Source: an uncultured Bacteroides sp.
GTDB lineage: Bacteria; Bacillota; Clostridia; Oscillospirales; Acutalibacteraceae
Direction of reading: 5' to 3'
Length of the DNA: 61,412 bases
Assembly: GCA_964405895.1 (NCBI GenBank)
Contig: CAYOPQ010000001.1
Location: 1 to 61,412, forward strand
Below are positions 18,053-27,420 of the stretch, piece by piece; the first letter of the stretch is position 1, and every line of letters begins with the position of its first letter. The position numbers and the translations under genes were made by a program. Below the pieces are notes generated by a model that saw nothing but the letters and a program-made list of their open reading frames with translations, had not been told where the DNA came from and made no database searches.

Positions 18053-18111
18053 ATTAAAACCAGTTCAATTCTGTCATAATTTGCAATAAAAAAACACTTG
18101 ACTTTAGTTAT

Positions 18112-18159
18112 GCCACACACAAAGCACTCGCCCTTATAGGCGGGTGCTTTGTGTGTGGC
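18112..18159. repeat. 21-bp inverted repeat (hairpin)
   Basis: gccacacacaaagcactcgcc-cttata-ggcgggtgctttgtgtgtggc, one G:T mismatch. Confidence 0.9.
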
Positions 18160-18290
18160 TTTGTGTTATAATTAAAGTGTGGGTATTAAAATAAGATAAA
18201 ACAGTTTGTCAGTTAAAAAACAACCGTTTAGTTAAAGGCTAAATTATTGCCGCAAAAATATATTAAATGAAGGATCACACCTTTGATAAT

Positions 18291-18341
18291 AAAAAACGAC
18301 TGCAAGGCATATCCGTTTCGGATTCCCCGCAGTCGTTTTTT
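18291..18341. terminator. Terminator downstream of the fem/alr-like operon
   Basis: aaaaaacgactgc ... gcagtcgtttttt, 13-bp arms. Confidence 0.8.
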
Positions 18342-18349
18342 GATTTTAA

Positions 18350-19435
18350 TCAGTCCGCCTGTTTATATACTCTTTCAATTCTCGGGTTTACCAAAAGCGG
18401 CGAAATATCAACGCTTGCGGTATCACCGGCTTTAACATCCGAATCGGTAACATCAACAGCCGTGTGGGAAAGGCCGATTTCACCGATAACATGAAACATT
18501 CTTCCGTTTATTCGCATGTACATTTGCTTGTTTTTGGCAAATTGCTTGGCGGCGGAAAGCACATATCTTAGATCCGCGGTTTCGCGCTCCTTTTGCAGTC
18601 CGAAGCCGTCGTAATGCCCTATGGGAACAACGGCGATTTTTGTTTCCCGCTTTGTTTTATAAAGTCCGTTATACCCAACGGCATATCCGGCGGGAACGGT
18701 TTTGACCTCAACCACCTCCGCTTCAAGAACGCCGAGTCTGTGAAGCGGTGTTTTTTTGTCTGTAATCACCCGTCCCGTAAAGGCGGAGCCGATTCTGACC
18801 GCGTCCATTGACACGCCGTCAACATTGAGAAGCGCGGGCGAATTTGCGCAGTGCGCAAGCCCTGTTTCGTGACCGGATTTTTTAATCTGTTCAATACAGT
18901 CCTTAAAAACGGTAAGCTGTGCTTTTGTAAGCTGCTTATTCCTGAACGCGCTTGAAAAATGCGTGTAAATTCCCGAAAATTTAAGCCGGCTCATATCATA
19001 GCATTCCAATGCCTTTGAAATTTCACTCGGCATAAAGCCGTATCTGCCCATTCCCGTGTCAATCTTCAGATGACATTCTGCGGTAATATCCGCCTTTTCA
19101 CAAGCGCTCTGCATTGCTTTCGCCGCCTCAAGGGAGCCGATTGTTGCAATACAGCCGTTTTTCGCAATTGCAAGCGCTTCGCTTTCTATGCAGGTTGAAC
19201 GCATCACAAGGATTTTATCGTCTTTTTCCGCAATATTTTTTATATACGGTATATCCGTAACCTCGGTAACCGCAAAAAAATGAATCCCGCATTCTTTAAT
19301 GGTCAGCGCCATTTCTTCTATGCCGAAGCCGTATCCGTTGCCCTTTACAACGCCTATGACCGGCACGCCGGCAATGTTTTTTATATATTCAATATTTTCT
19401 TTAAGCTTGTCCTTATCAATAACATATCTGCTCAT
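18350..19435 (-). CDS. alr: Alanine racemase family PLP enzyme (divergent substrate pocket)
   Basis: VVKGNGYGFG (PLP Lys), HLKIDTGMGRYG, YTHF, HCANS, VRIG, VGYNG (catalytic Tyr); family is clear, substrate uncertain. Confidence 0.85.
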   Translation of the reverse strand: MSRYVIDKDKLKENIEYIKNIAGVPVIGVVKGNGYGFGIEEMALTIKECGIHFFAVTEVTDIPYIKNIAEKDDKILVMRSTCIESEALAIAKNGCIATIGSLEAAKAMQSACEKADITAECHLKIDTGMGRYGFMPSEISKALECYDMSRLKFSGIYTHFSSAFRNKQLTKAQLTVFKDCIEQIKKSGHETGLAHCANSPALLNVDGVSMDAVRIGSAFTGRVITDKKTPLHRLGVLEAEVVEVKTVPAGYAVGYNGLYKTKRETKIAVVPIGHYDGFGLQKERETADLRYVLSAAKQFAKNKQMYMRINGRMFHVIGEIGLSHTAVDVTDSDVKAGDTASVDISPLLVNPRIERVYKQAD

Positions 19436-20469
19436 TATAATTTCTTCTTTAACTCCATTGCGAAATTGTATAGCTTATAAATCGGCTTGTTGATCACATA
19501 GTCAAATTCGCCTATAAATTCTTTCATATATCCGCCGAAGCCGTGCTTGAAGCGCCACAGCCCGTAATGCGGATTTTCGGGGTTTTGGCAGTCGCCGCTT
19601 ATCCCTCCGAAATCATAAACGGCGCAGCCGCATTCCAGACCCCATTTCATCATTTCCCACTGCAAAGCGTAATTCGGGTAAACATTCCTGTGGGCGTTAG
19701 AGGACGCGCCGTACTGGTATTTCATAACATTGCGCCCCCATTTTATGGCTATGGTTCCCGCAATCGGCTTGCCCTCGTAATAAGCCATATAAAGCCTTGC
19801 GTCCTCGCCCATGCAGTTCAGTATCTTTTCAAAATACCACTTCGGCCTTGTGGAAAAGCCGTCTCTTTCTCCGGTCTCCTGCATGATCTTTACGAAATCA
19901 TCCAGCGCCTCGGCGCCTTCAATTCTGACCTCAACGCCTTTTTTAGGCGCTTTTCTGATCCTGTTCCTGTAATCGGGTTTGAAGGTCAGCATAAGCTCCT
20001 CCTCGCTCATTCCGTTATAGTCAAAGCAATATACAAAGCGTGGCTGCACATTTTCAAAATCAAGGCAGCCGGGGTTGAGCTCAAGAAAGCCTTTTGCCAG
20101 CAGATGCTTTTTATATTCCGTATTTTCAACCGTGATTTCCGGGTCGATCTTTATGCAGTAAGCCTTGTATTCCTTGGCAAGCTTCAGCAGTCCGTCAAAA
20201 AGCGCGTCAAAGGTTTCAAAATCATCCTCATCGGCAACGAAGCCCCTGCAAATGTAAAACAGGGAATACCGTATCAGCGGCACAAATCGGATCAAAGCGG
20301 CGGCAGAACCCTTTATAGCACCGTTTTCATCCTTCAGCATGATTGCCTCCCATTTCCATGAGGACTTGACTTTCGCCCATTTTGAGGAATGCTGGAACAA
20401 TCCCTTGGGGTGCGATTTAATGAAACCCTCGTATTCCGCCAAATTGTCCTGAGTAACGCGTTCTATCAT
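19435..20469 (-). CDS. FemABX/MurM family aminoacyl-tRNA-dependent peptidoglycan branch ligase
   Basis: FQHSSKWAKVK, IKIDP, RNRIRKAPKKGV, YQYGASS, PNYALQW, YDFGG, GLWRFKHGF, IGEFD; 344 aa, no coiled-coil insert (FemX-like). Confidence 0.92.
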   Translation of the reverse strand: MIERVTQDNLAEYEGFIKSHPKGLFQHSSKWAKVKSSWKWEAIMLKDENGAIKGSAAALIRFVPLIRYSLFYICRGFVADEDDFETFDALFDGLLKLAKEYKAYCIKIDPEITVENTEYKKHLLAKGFLELNPGCLDFENVQPRFVYCFDYNGMSEEELMLTFKPDYRNRIRKAPKKGVEVRIEGAEALDDFVKIMQETGERDGFSTRPKWYFEKILNCMGEDARLYMAYYEGKPIAGTIAIKWGRNVMKYQYGASSNAHRNVYPNYALQWEMMKWGLECGCAVYDFGGISGDCQNPENPHYGLWRFKHGFGGYMKEFIGEFDYVINKPIYKLYNFAMELKKKL

Positions 20470-20650
20470 ATTTTACCTCCGCAATAACACGGTGCGTGTT
20501 AAATTTTGCTATTATTGTACCACAAATTATAGCATAAATGTAATAATCTTGTCTATATATATTGCGCTGTTTGTTGACTTTTATTATAAAATCAGTTACT
20601 ATAAAAATAAATAATTATTAGCAATATTCAGATATTTACGGGTGGAATTT

Positions 20651-23600
20651 ATGAAAAAAGCAGTTTGGGAAGATCCTAAAATCATTAAAATCAATAAAGA
20701 GGACGGCCATGTTATCGCCATGCCGTATGACGATGTGCAATCGGCTGTTTCCGGCAGGGAGAGCAAATACAAGCTTTCCTTAAACGGGCAATGGAAATTT
20801 TATTGGCAAAGGGGCTTGCGTAATCAGCCGCAGGGCTTTGAAAAAACGGATTTTGACGATTCCGAATGGGGAGAAATCAAGGTGCCCTCCGTTTGGCAGA
20901 CGCAGGGCTATTCCGTGCCGTATTATTATGCCAGCACATTTCCCAAAGCCATCAGCCGCAGCAAGCGCAAAATTCCTAAAATCAATCATAAAATGCAGGA
21001 AATCGGCTTTTACAGAAAAAGCTTTACGCTTGATCCGGCGTGGCAGGGCAGGGAAATATTTATTCATTTCGGTGCATGTAAAGCCGGTCTTGAGGTTTAT
21101 GTGAACGGCGAATTTGTGGGCTATTCCCAGGGCTCCATGACCCCGCATGAATTTGATATAACGAAATTTGTAAATATCGGCGCGGAAAATACGGTCTGCG
21201 CCAAGGTCTACAGATATACGGACGGTACTTATCTTGAGGATCAGGATATGTGGTGGCTTTGCGGCATTTACAGGGAGGTCTATGTGTTTGCCGAAAGCGC
21301 CGCCTGCGTGCGTGATTTCTTTTTCAGAACAAAGTTTGATACTTTTTATAAGAATGCCGACGCGCTGCTCAATGTTTATGTCGAAAATTACGGCGCTGTA
21401 CAGGGCAACGCCGTCTGCAAGGCGTATCTGATTTCCGATACGGGCAGTGAAATCAGCTTGGGTGAAAAGGTGTTAAAGCTTGAAACGGGCAGAACAGAAT
21501 TTGCGTTTAAAGCAGAGGTTGCGAATCCCAAAAAATGGTCTGCCGAAGCGCCCAATCTCTATACGCTTGTGATTATTCTCTTTACCGGCGCAGCGATTCA
21601 GGCGGTCAAAACCTATAAGGTGGGATTCAAGCAGGTTGAGATCAAGGGCGAAAAAATCTATTTTAACGGTATGCCGCTGATGATAAGAGGCGTTAACCGC
21701 CATGATTTTGACCCGGATAACGGCTGGGCTGTTCCGAGGGAAAGATATACGCAGGATCTTGATATTATGAAACAGAATAATATCAATTCCATTCGCACCT
21801 CGCATTATCCGGACGACCCTTATTTTTATAAAATGTGCAATGAATACGGCTTTTATGTTATGGACGAATGCGAAGTCGAATCGCACGGCGTAAGGCGCAA
21901 GGGCGTGCCGGGCAGCAATCCCGTCTGGACGCAGGCTGTTGTGGACAGAATGCAGCGCATGGTGCTCAGGGACAGGAACAATCCCTGCATATTTATGTGG
22001 AGCCTCGGCAACGAAGCGGGGGACGGCGATAATTTTGCCAAGATGAAAAAGGCGGCGCTTGAGCTTGACGATACAAGGCAGATCCATTATGAGGGGGATT
22101 TTGATTTAACCAAGAGCGATGTTATTTCCAGAATGTACCCCACTGCTGATATTATGGAAAAGCTCGGAAACAAGCAGGAAATCAAGATAACGCTTTACGA
22201 TAATATCGCAAATCAGCTTGCGGCGGACAGTAAGCCGATAAAGCCCGAAATGTATGAGGGCAAGCCGGTTATCCTTTGTGAATACGCCCATTCCATGGAA
22301 AATTCGCTGGGCAATTTCCAGGAATATATGGACGATTTTGAAAAGTACGAAAATATGTGCGGCGGCTTTATATGGGATTTTGTAGACCAAACGATACACC
22401 GCGTCAGCGAGGACGGCAAGGATATGTGGCTTTACGGCGATGATTTTGCCAAACAGGAGCCGCGCAGTGCTATTGATATTCCGAACACAACGGCGCTTGC
22501 CGGTTCAAATACCTATTTTTGCGCAAACGGCATAATCGCGGCGGACAGAACCGTACACCCGCAGATACACGAAGTGAAAAAGGTCTATGCGGAGATCAAA
22601 ACTGAGGAGTTTGATTTAAACAAGGGTACTTTTAAGGTGAAAAACAAACACCTGTTTACCAATCTTTCTGCGTTTGCCTGCCGCTGGGTCATCGAGGCGC
22701 AGGGCGAGAGGCTTGCAAGCGGCGAGCTTGACGATGTGGAATGCGAGCCGCTTTCGGAAACCTTTATAACGATTCCTTATGATATTACCGCGTTTCTGAG
22801 TGATAAAGAGGTGGTTTTGACCGTATCCTTCTACAATAAGCGCTATATGCCGGGTATAAAATCCGACTTTGAGGTGGCGTGGGATCAGTTTATTCTGAAT
22901 CCGATGCCGCAGCCGAGCGCTCCGAAATCAAAAGGCAAGCTTTCTTATGATAGCAAGGGCAATACGGTCAAGGTTTGGGGAGATAATTATAAAGTAAAAG
23001 TCAAAAACGGCAGAATCGTCAGCATATTTATTGGAGATGAACAGGTGCTGAAAGCCCCTATGGAGCCTTATTACTTCAGGGCGCTTACCGATAACGATAT
23101 TGATTCGCTGAATTTTGTGCCGGCGCTCATTCCGCTGCACCCCTATTACAAGTGGCGCAGGGCGAGCAAATCGGCTGTGGCGGTAAGAACCGTTGCAGGC
23201 GTCGGCGAGGACAACAGTGTTGAAATACATATTGCTTGGCGCACGCCGTTGCTTAAAGACGCTGTGTCAACCTACAGAATCTATCCGGACAGAAGAATTT
23301 ATGTATTTCACAGTGCAACGCCTAAAGCGGATATGGTCAGGTTCGGCATGCGCGTGACCCTTGACGGGAAGATGGAATATGTAGACTGGTACGGCAGAGG
23401 ACCGCATGCAACCTATTGCGACAGAAAAACGGGCGCGAAAATCGGCGCCTACAAGTCAACCGTAACGGAGCTTGAGCACAGATATATGCGTCCGCAGGAA
23501 AACGCGAACAGAACCGATGTTCGCTATGTTACATTTACCGACGAAAACGGAAGAGGTTTCAGGTTCACCTCCTATTTTGATGATTTCATAAACTTCAGTG

Positions 23601-23824
23601 CGCAGCACTACACGGTGGAACAGCTTGAGGCGGCAACGCATGTGCATACTATACCGTATAACAACAGTATTACTGCCGTAAATATTGACCATATGCAGCT
23701 CGGTGTCGGCGGCGATCTGCCCGGTCAGGCGTTTGTAAGGGAGCCTTATAAAATGAAAAAGGGCGTAAAGCAAAGCTACAGCTTTGTAATGGAGCCCGTT
23801 GATCTAAGGGAGAGCCATTCTTGA
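20651..23824 (+). CDS. lacZ: Beta-galactosidase, GH2 (LacZ-type)
   Basis: YLEDQDMW, GVNRHD, RTSHYP, WSLGNE, LCEYAHSM, GGFIWDFVDQ and the small-chain domain; promoter TTGACT-17-TACTAT at 20574-20602. Confidence 0.92.
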   Translation: MKKAVWEDPKIIKINKEDGHVIAMPYDDVQSAVSGRESKYKLSLNGQWKFYWQRGLRNQPQGFEKTDFDDSEWGEIKVPSVWQTQGYSVPYYYASTFPKAISRSKRKIPKINHKMQEIGFYRKSFTLDPAWQGREIFIHFGACKAGLEVYVNGEFVGYSQGSMTPHEFDITKFVNIGAENTVCAKVYRYTDGTYLEDQDMWWLCGIYREVYVFAESAACVRDFFFRTKFDTFYKNADALLNVYVENYGAVQGNAVCKAYLISDTGSEISLGEKVLKLETGRTEFAFKAEVANPKKWSAEAPNLYTLVIILFTGAAIQAVKTYKVGFKQVEIKGEKIYFNGMPLMIRGVNRHDFDPDNGWAVPRERYTQDLDIMKQNNINSIRTSHYPDDPYFYKMCNEYGFYVMDECEVESHGVRRKGVPGSNPVWTQAVVDRMQRMVLRDRNNPCIFMWSLGNEAGDGDNFAKMKKAALELDDTRQIHYEGDFDLTKSDVISRMYPTADIMEKLGNKQEIKITLYDNIANQLAADSKPIKPEMYEGKPVILCEYAHSMENSLGNFQEYMDDFEKYENMCGGFIWDFVDQTIHRVSEDGKDMWLYGDDFAKQEPRSAIDIPNTTALAGSNTYFCANGIIAADRTVHPQIHEVKKVYAEIKTEEFDLNKGTFKVKNKHLFTNLSAFACRWVIEAQGERLASGELDDVECEPLSETFITIPYDITAFLSDKEVVLTVSFYNKRYMPGIKSDFEVAWDQFILNPMPQPSAPKSKGKLSYDSKGNTVKVWGDNYKVKVKNGRIVSIFIGDEQVLKAPMEPYYFRALTDNDIDSLNFVPALIPLHPYYKWRRASKSAVAVRTVAGVGEDNSVEIHIAWRTPLLKDAVSTYRIYPDRRIYVFHSATPKADMVRFGMRVTLDGKMEYVDWYGRGPHATYCDRKTGAKIGAYKSTVTELEHRYMRPQENANRTDVRYVTFTDENGRGFRFTSYFDDFINFSAQHYTVEQLEAATHVHTIPYNNSITAVNIDHMQLGVGGDLPGQAFVREPYKMKKGVKQSYSFVMEPVDLRESHS

Positions 23825-25812
23825 AAAGGCCCTTTGCGAATATAGGGTTTACCTTTGCCGTTACCCTTATAATCCTCAATTTTCTGAATGTGAAATGGGC
23901 GCTTGCGGTATTTGCTGTCGTAAGCGTTCTTTTCGTCATTTTCATTGCCGCGGAAAAAACAAGAAAAGCGGCGGCGCTCCCGCTTTCCATGCTGAGCGCG
24001 GCGCTTGCCTGCATTGTGTTCGTAACTGTCTGGAATAATATCTTTTTGCCGCAGACAGTGCTGTACGACCAATCCGTAAGCGCGCAGATTTATATTGTTG
24101 ATGTTGAGGATACAACAACCAACGGCTATGCCTACACAGTGAAAACAGAAAGCATTGATATGCAAAACGCGCCTCAGAATATAAAATTGACGCTTTATTC
24201 AAGCGAGCGCGTTATTGCCGACAGCTACGAGCTTTTAAATGCGGAGATAAGTCTTTTTTCCGCCGGCGAAAACGCCTTTGATTCCCACGGCTCGTTTGAC
24301 GATAATATTTTTCTGAAGGGTTATATCCGTTCATACAGCAGAACCTATGAATCGGTCGGCGGCATAGAATCTGTCAACAGATATTTTATTGAACTCAGGG
24401 AAGAGCTGAGAGATCGGTTTTCGCAGGTCATAACCGGCGATGAGGCCGCGCTCTCGCTTGCGGTTTTAACGGGCGATACCTCAACCTTGAGCGACGATGC
24501 CTATAATGATTTCAAAGCGTGCGGCGCTACGCATCTTATGGCGGTTTCCGGATTCAATCTTGCTGTTTTTACCGGCGTGCTGTATAAATTGCTGCGCAGA
24601 ATGCTTTGCCCGAAACTGATTTTGACGGGGATTTGTGCGGCAAGCGTTGTTTTCTATGTTTTGCTTGCGGGCTTTTCCGCTTCCATGATAAGAGCCGCCA
24701 TTATGATGATGGTGTTCCTTTTATCAAAGCAGTTTTCGGAAAGAGCGGACAGCCTGAATTCCTTGGGCTTTTCGGCGTTTTTGGTGTGCCTGAACCCTTT
24801 TGCGGTAACAGATGCCGGCGCGCTGCTGACCTTTGCGGCGGTTCTCGGACTCGTTGTATTGAACCCTTACCTCAGTATCAGGCTGAAAACAAAATTTAAG
24901 CCTCTTAAAAGCGGTCTGGATACCGTAACGGCGTCCGTGAGTGTATTTATCACAACATTTCCGATTATGTATTTCATGTTTGGGGAAGTCAGTATAATAG
25001 GCTTGCTGTTAAATGTCTTGCTTATACCTCTTTCCGAAATACTCATGATGAACTCCATCGTTTTCTTTGCGCTGTCGTCCGTACCGTTTATCAGTACGAT
25101 CAATGTTTTTGTTGCTAAGCTTTTCGGCGGGGCTATGCTGAAGATAACGGATATCTGTTCCGGCTTTACTTTCAGTACAGTCAATATCGGCTCCGAGCTT
25201 TTCGCTGTTCTGATATTCTGTGTTTTTGTCATATTCGCCGCAGGGTTCTTTATTAAAGCCGTCAGCGGAAAGCGCCTTTTTAAACAATGCGCGGCAATAT
25301 CCTGTGCTTTTACGGTGCTGATCAGTATTTTTTCCGTTATCGCTTCGGAAAATTATGTCTATCTCAGAATTCTGCACGGCGAATACTCAAATGCCGTTAT
25401 TGTCTATGATGATGAGAACGCCGCCGTGTTCGGCGTAACGGAATATGAACAATATTATACAGCCAAAAAGATTATCGAGGCAAACGATCTTACGTTGGCA
25501 ATAGTTATTGATTATGACGGCGAGTATTCGGCTTCGCTTGCCGAGGAATGCGGCTGTGTCAATTATGTTTCCGATTTTGATGTTTCGGATTATACGCTTG
25601 AAAACCCGAAAATTGAGGATGCCGATTTCAGCGCGGAAATTTGGAGCGGCTTAGAGGTGAGCTATTCCGACGGCAATGTTTTTCTCAGAGTGGAAAACAC
25701 ATATTTTGATTTCAGTACCGATATGCTTGCCAATACTGAAAATTATGATATAATTTATACAATAAATAATGACGGATACTCTGTAAGAGGGGTGAACAAG
25801 TGGGCAGGATAG
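23821..25812 (+). CDS. comEC: ComEC/Rec2 family competence protein
   Basis: GATHLMAVSGFN, SASMIRAAIM, NPFAVTDAG...LTF; directly upstream of holA. Confidence 0.88.
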   Translation: MKRPFANIGFTFAVTLIILNFLNVKWALAVFAVVSVLFVIFIAAEKTRKAAALPLSMLSAALACIVFVTVWNNIFLPQTVLYDQSVSAQIYIVDVEDTTTNGYAYTVKTESIDMQNAPQNIKLTLYSSERVIADSYELLNAEISLFSAGENAFDSHGSFDDNIFLKGYIRSYSRTYESVGGIESVNRYFIELREELRDRFSQVITGDEAALSLAVLTGDTSTLSDDAYNDFKACGATHLMAVSGFNLAVFTGVLYKLLRRMLCPKLILTGICAASVVFYVLLAGFSASMIRAAIMMMVFLLSKQFSERADSLNSLGFSAFLVCLNPFAVTDAGALLTFAAVLGLVVLNPYLSIRLKTKFKPLKSGLDTVTASVSVFITTFPIMYFMFGEVSIIGLLLNVLLIPLSEILMMNSIVFFALSSVPFISTINVFVAKLFGGAMLKITDICSGFTFSTVNIGSELFAVLIFCVFVIFAAGFFIKAVSGKRLFKQCAAISCAFTVLISIFSVIASENYVYLRILHGEYSNAVIVYDDENAAVFGVTEYEQYYTAKKIIEANDLTLAIVIDYDGEYSASLAEECGCVNYVSDFDVSDYTLENPKIEDADFSAEIWSGLEVSYSDGNVFLRVENTYFDFSTDMLANTENYDIIYTINNDGYSVRGVNKWAG

Positions 25813-26858
25813 ATGAAAAAGAGCTTAAAACGCATATAAAGAATCATGATTTTTCAAAAGCTTATTTCATATACGGCGACGAGAAATATTTAAAAGAGTT
25901 TTATGTGGGTAGGCTTGTCAAAAAGCTTGTTCCCGAAACCTTTGAGGATTTTAATCTGCACAGATTTTACGGGAACGATACTTCGATAGACGATATTTTA
26001 AAGGACGCGGATCTCCTGCCGATGATGAGCGAGTGCAACCTGATACTTTCCTGCGATTATCCGTTTGACAAAAGCGAAAAGGATTGCAAGCTGATCAAAG
26101 AATATCTTAAGGATATTCCCGATACAACCGTTTTGGTGTTTTGGTTCAATAATGTTAAGCCGGATATAAGAAAAAGCGCCCGCTGGAAGGGCGTTGAAGC
26201 GGCGTTTTCCAAATACGGTTCCAGCCTGGAATTGAAGCTCAAATCAGAATCGGAACTGGTTAAGCTGCTGATGTCCGCCTGCAAAAAGCGCTCGGCTGAG
26301 CTTTCGGCAGAAAACGCGCGCTATCTCATATCCGTTTCCGGCAATGAAATCGGCACGCTTTTAAATGAGATCGAAAAATTATCCGCCTTTGCCAGCGGCG
26401 GTGAAGTCACAAGGGAGAATATTGACAGACTGGCAGTCAAAAGCCTCCAGGCAAGGATATATGACCTTTCAAATGCGGTTGTGCGCGGTAATTATGAAAA
26501 GGCTTATTCCGTGCTAGACTCCCTTTTTGCCGCTAAGGAGGAGCCGATAAAGGTGCTTTCCGCTGTATCGGGCTGCTTTGTGGATATGTATAGGGTAAAA
26601 TGCGCTAAAATCAGCGGTGAGCCGTTTGATGATGTTGCGCGGTACTATAACTATTCCGGCAGGGAATTTGCGCTTAGAAACGCTTCAAGGGACTGTGCGG
26701 CGCTTTCTGTGGAACAGCTGAGGGATTCCATTGATGTGATTATGGCGGCGGATAACGCCGTTAAAAGCACTGCTGCCGATTCCAGGCTGATTCTTGAGGA
26801 AATGCTTGTCAAGCTGCTTCTTATTTCCAAAGAGGTTCATTATGATCAAAATCCATGA
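25800..26858 (+). CDS. holA: DNA polymerase III delta subunit
   Basis: YFIYGDEKYL, LPMMSE, LLNEIEKL, IYDLSNAV; comEC-holA synteny. Confidence 0.93.
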   Translation: MGRIDEKELKTHIKNHDFSKAYFIYGDEKYLKEFYVGRLVKKLVPETFEDFNLHRFYGNDTSIDDILKDADLLPMMSECNLILSCDYPFDKSEKDCKLIKEYLKDIPDTTVLVFWFNNVKPDIRKSARWKGVEAAFSKYGSSLELKLKSESELVKLLMSACKKRSAELSAENARYLISVSGNEIGTLLNEIEKLSAFASGGEVTRENIDRLAVKSLQARIYDLSNAVVRGNYEKAYSVLDSLFAAKEEPIKVLSAVSGCFVDMYRVKCAKISGEPFDDVARYYNYSGREFALRNASRDCAALSVEQLRDSIDVIMAADNAVKSTAADSRLILEEMLVKLLLISKEVHYDQNP

Positions 26859-27420
26859 GGCCGTCATTGTAGAGGGCAAATATGATAAAATCAAGCTTTC
26901 AAATATTTTAGACGCCTTTATCATTGAAACGGATGGCTTTGGCATATTTAAAAATAGGGAAAAGCTTGCTTTTATACGCCGCTTGGCTGCCGAACGCGGG
27001 ATCATACTGCTTACGGATTCGGACCATTCCGGCTTTCAGATCAGGAATTTCATATCCGGCGCCGTTCCGAAGGACTGTGTAAAGCATTTATATATTCCGG
27101 ATATTTACGGAAAAGAAAAGCGCAAGAAAACGCCGTCAAAAGAGGGAAAATTGGGCGTTGAGGGTATTTCCGACTCTGTTTTGGAAAAGCTGTTTCATAC
27201 TCTCGGCGTCGAATGTAAAAGGGTCAATGAAGAGAACCGTATCAGTAATTATGATTTATATTGCGCCGGTGTATCCGGCGTGCCGAACGCATCGGAAAAA
27301 AGAAAAAAACTCCTAAAGTCGCTCGATCTCCCGGAGTTTCTTTCAACCAATTCTCTTTTGAGTTACTTAAATACTGTTATGGATAAAACGGAATTTCAAA
27401 ATTATATGATCACAATCTGA
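26842..27420 (+). CDS. rnmV: Ribonuclease M5-like TOPRIM protein (DUF4093 C-terminus)
   Basis: AVIVEGKYD, LTDSDHSGFQIR, GKLGVEG; GAGG RBS before ATG 26842. Confidence 0.8.
   Translation: MIKIHEAVIVEGKYDKIKLSNILDAFIIETDGFGIFKNREKLAFIRRLAAERGIILLTDSDHSGFQIRNFISGAVPKDCVKHLYIPDIYGKEKRKKTPSKEGKLGVEGISDSVLEKLFHTLGVECKRVNEENRISNYDLYCAGVSGVPNASEKRKKLLKSLDLPEFLSTNSLLSYLNTVMDKTEFQNYMITI

Noticed and set aside
19543-20361. Long antisense ORFs (this 272-aa one, also 30198-30968, 31233-31925, 36434-37156)
   Set aside because: They lie opposite well-supported genes and show no motifs or RBS; expected codon-bias shadows.
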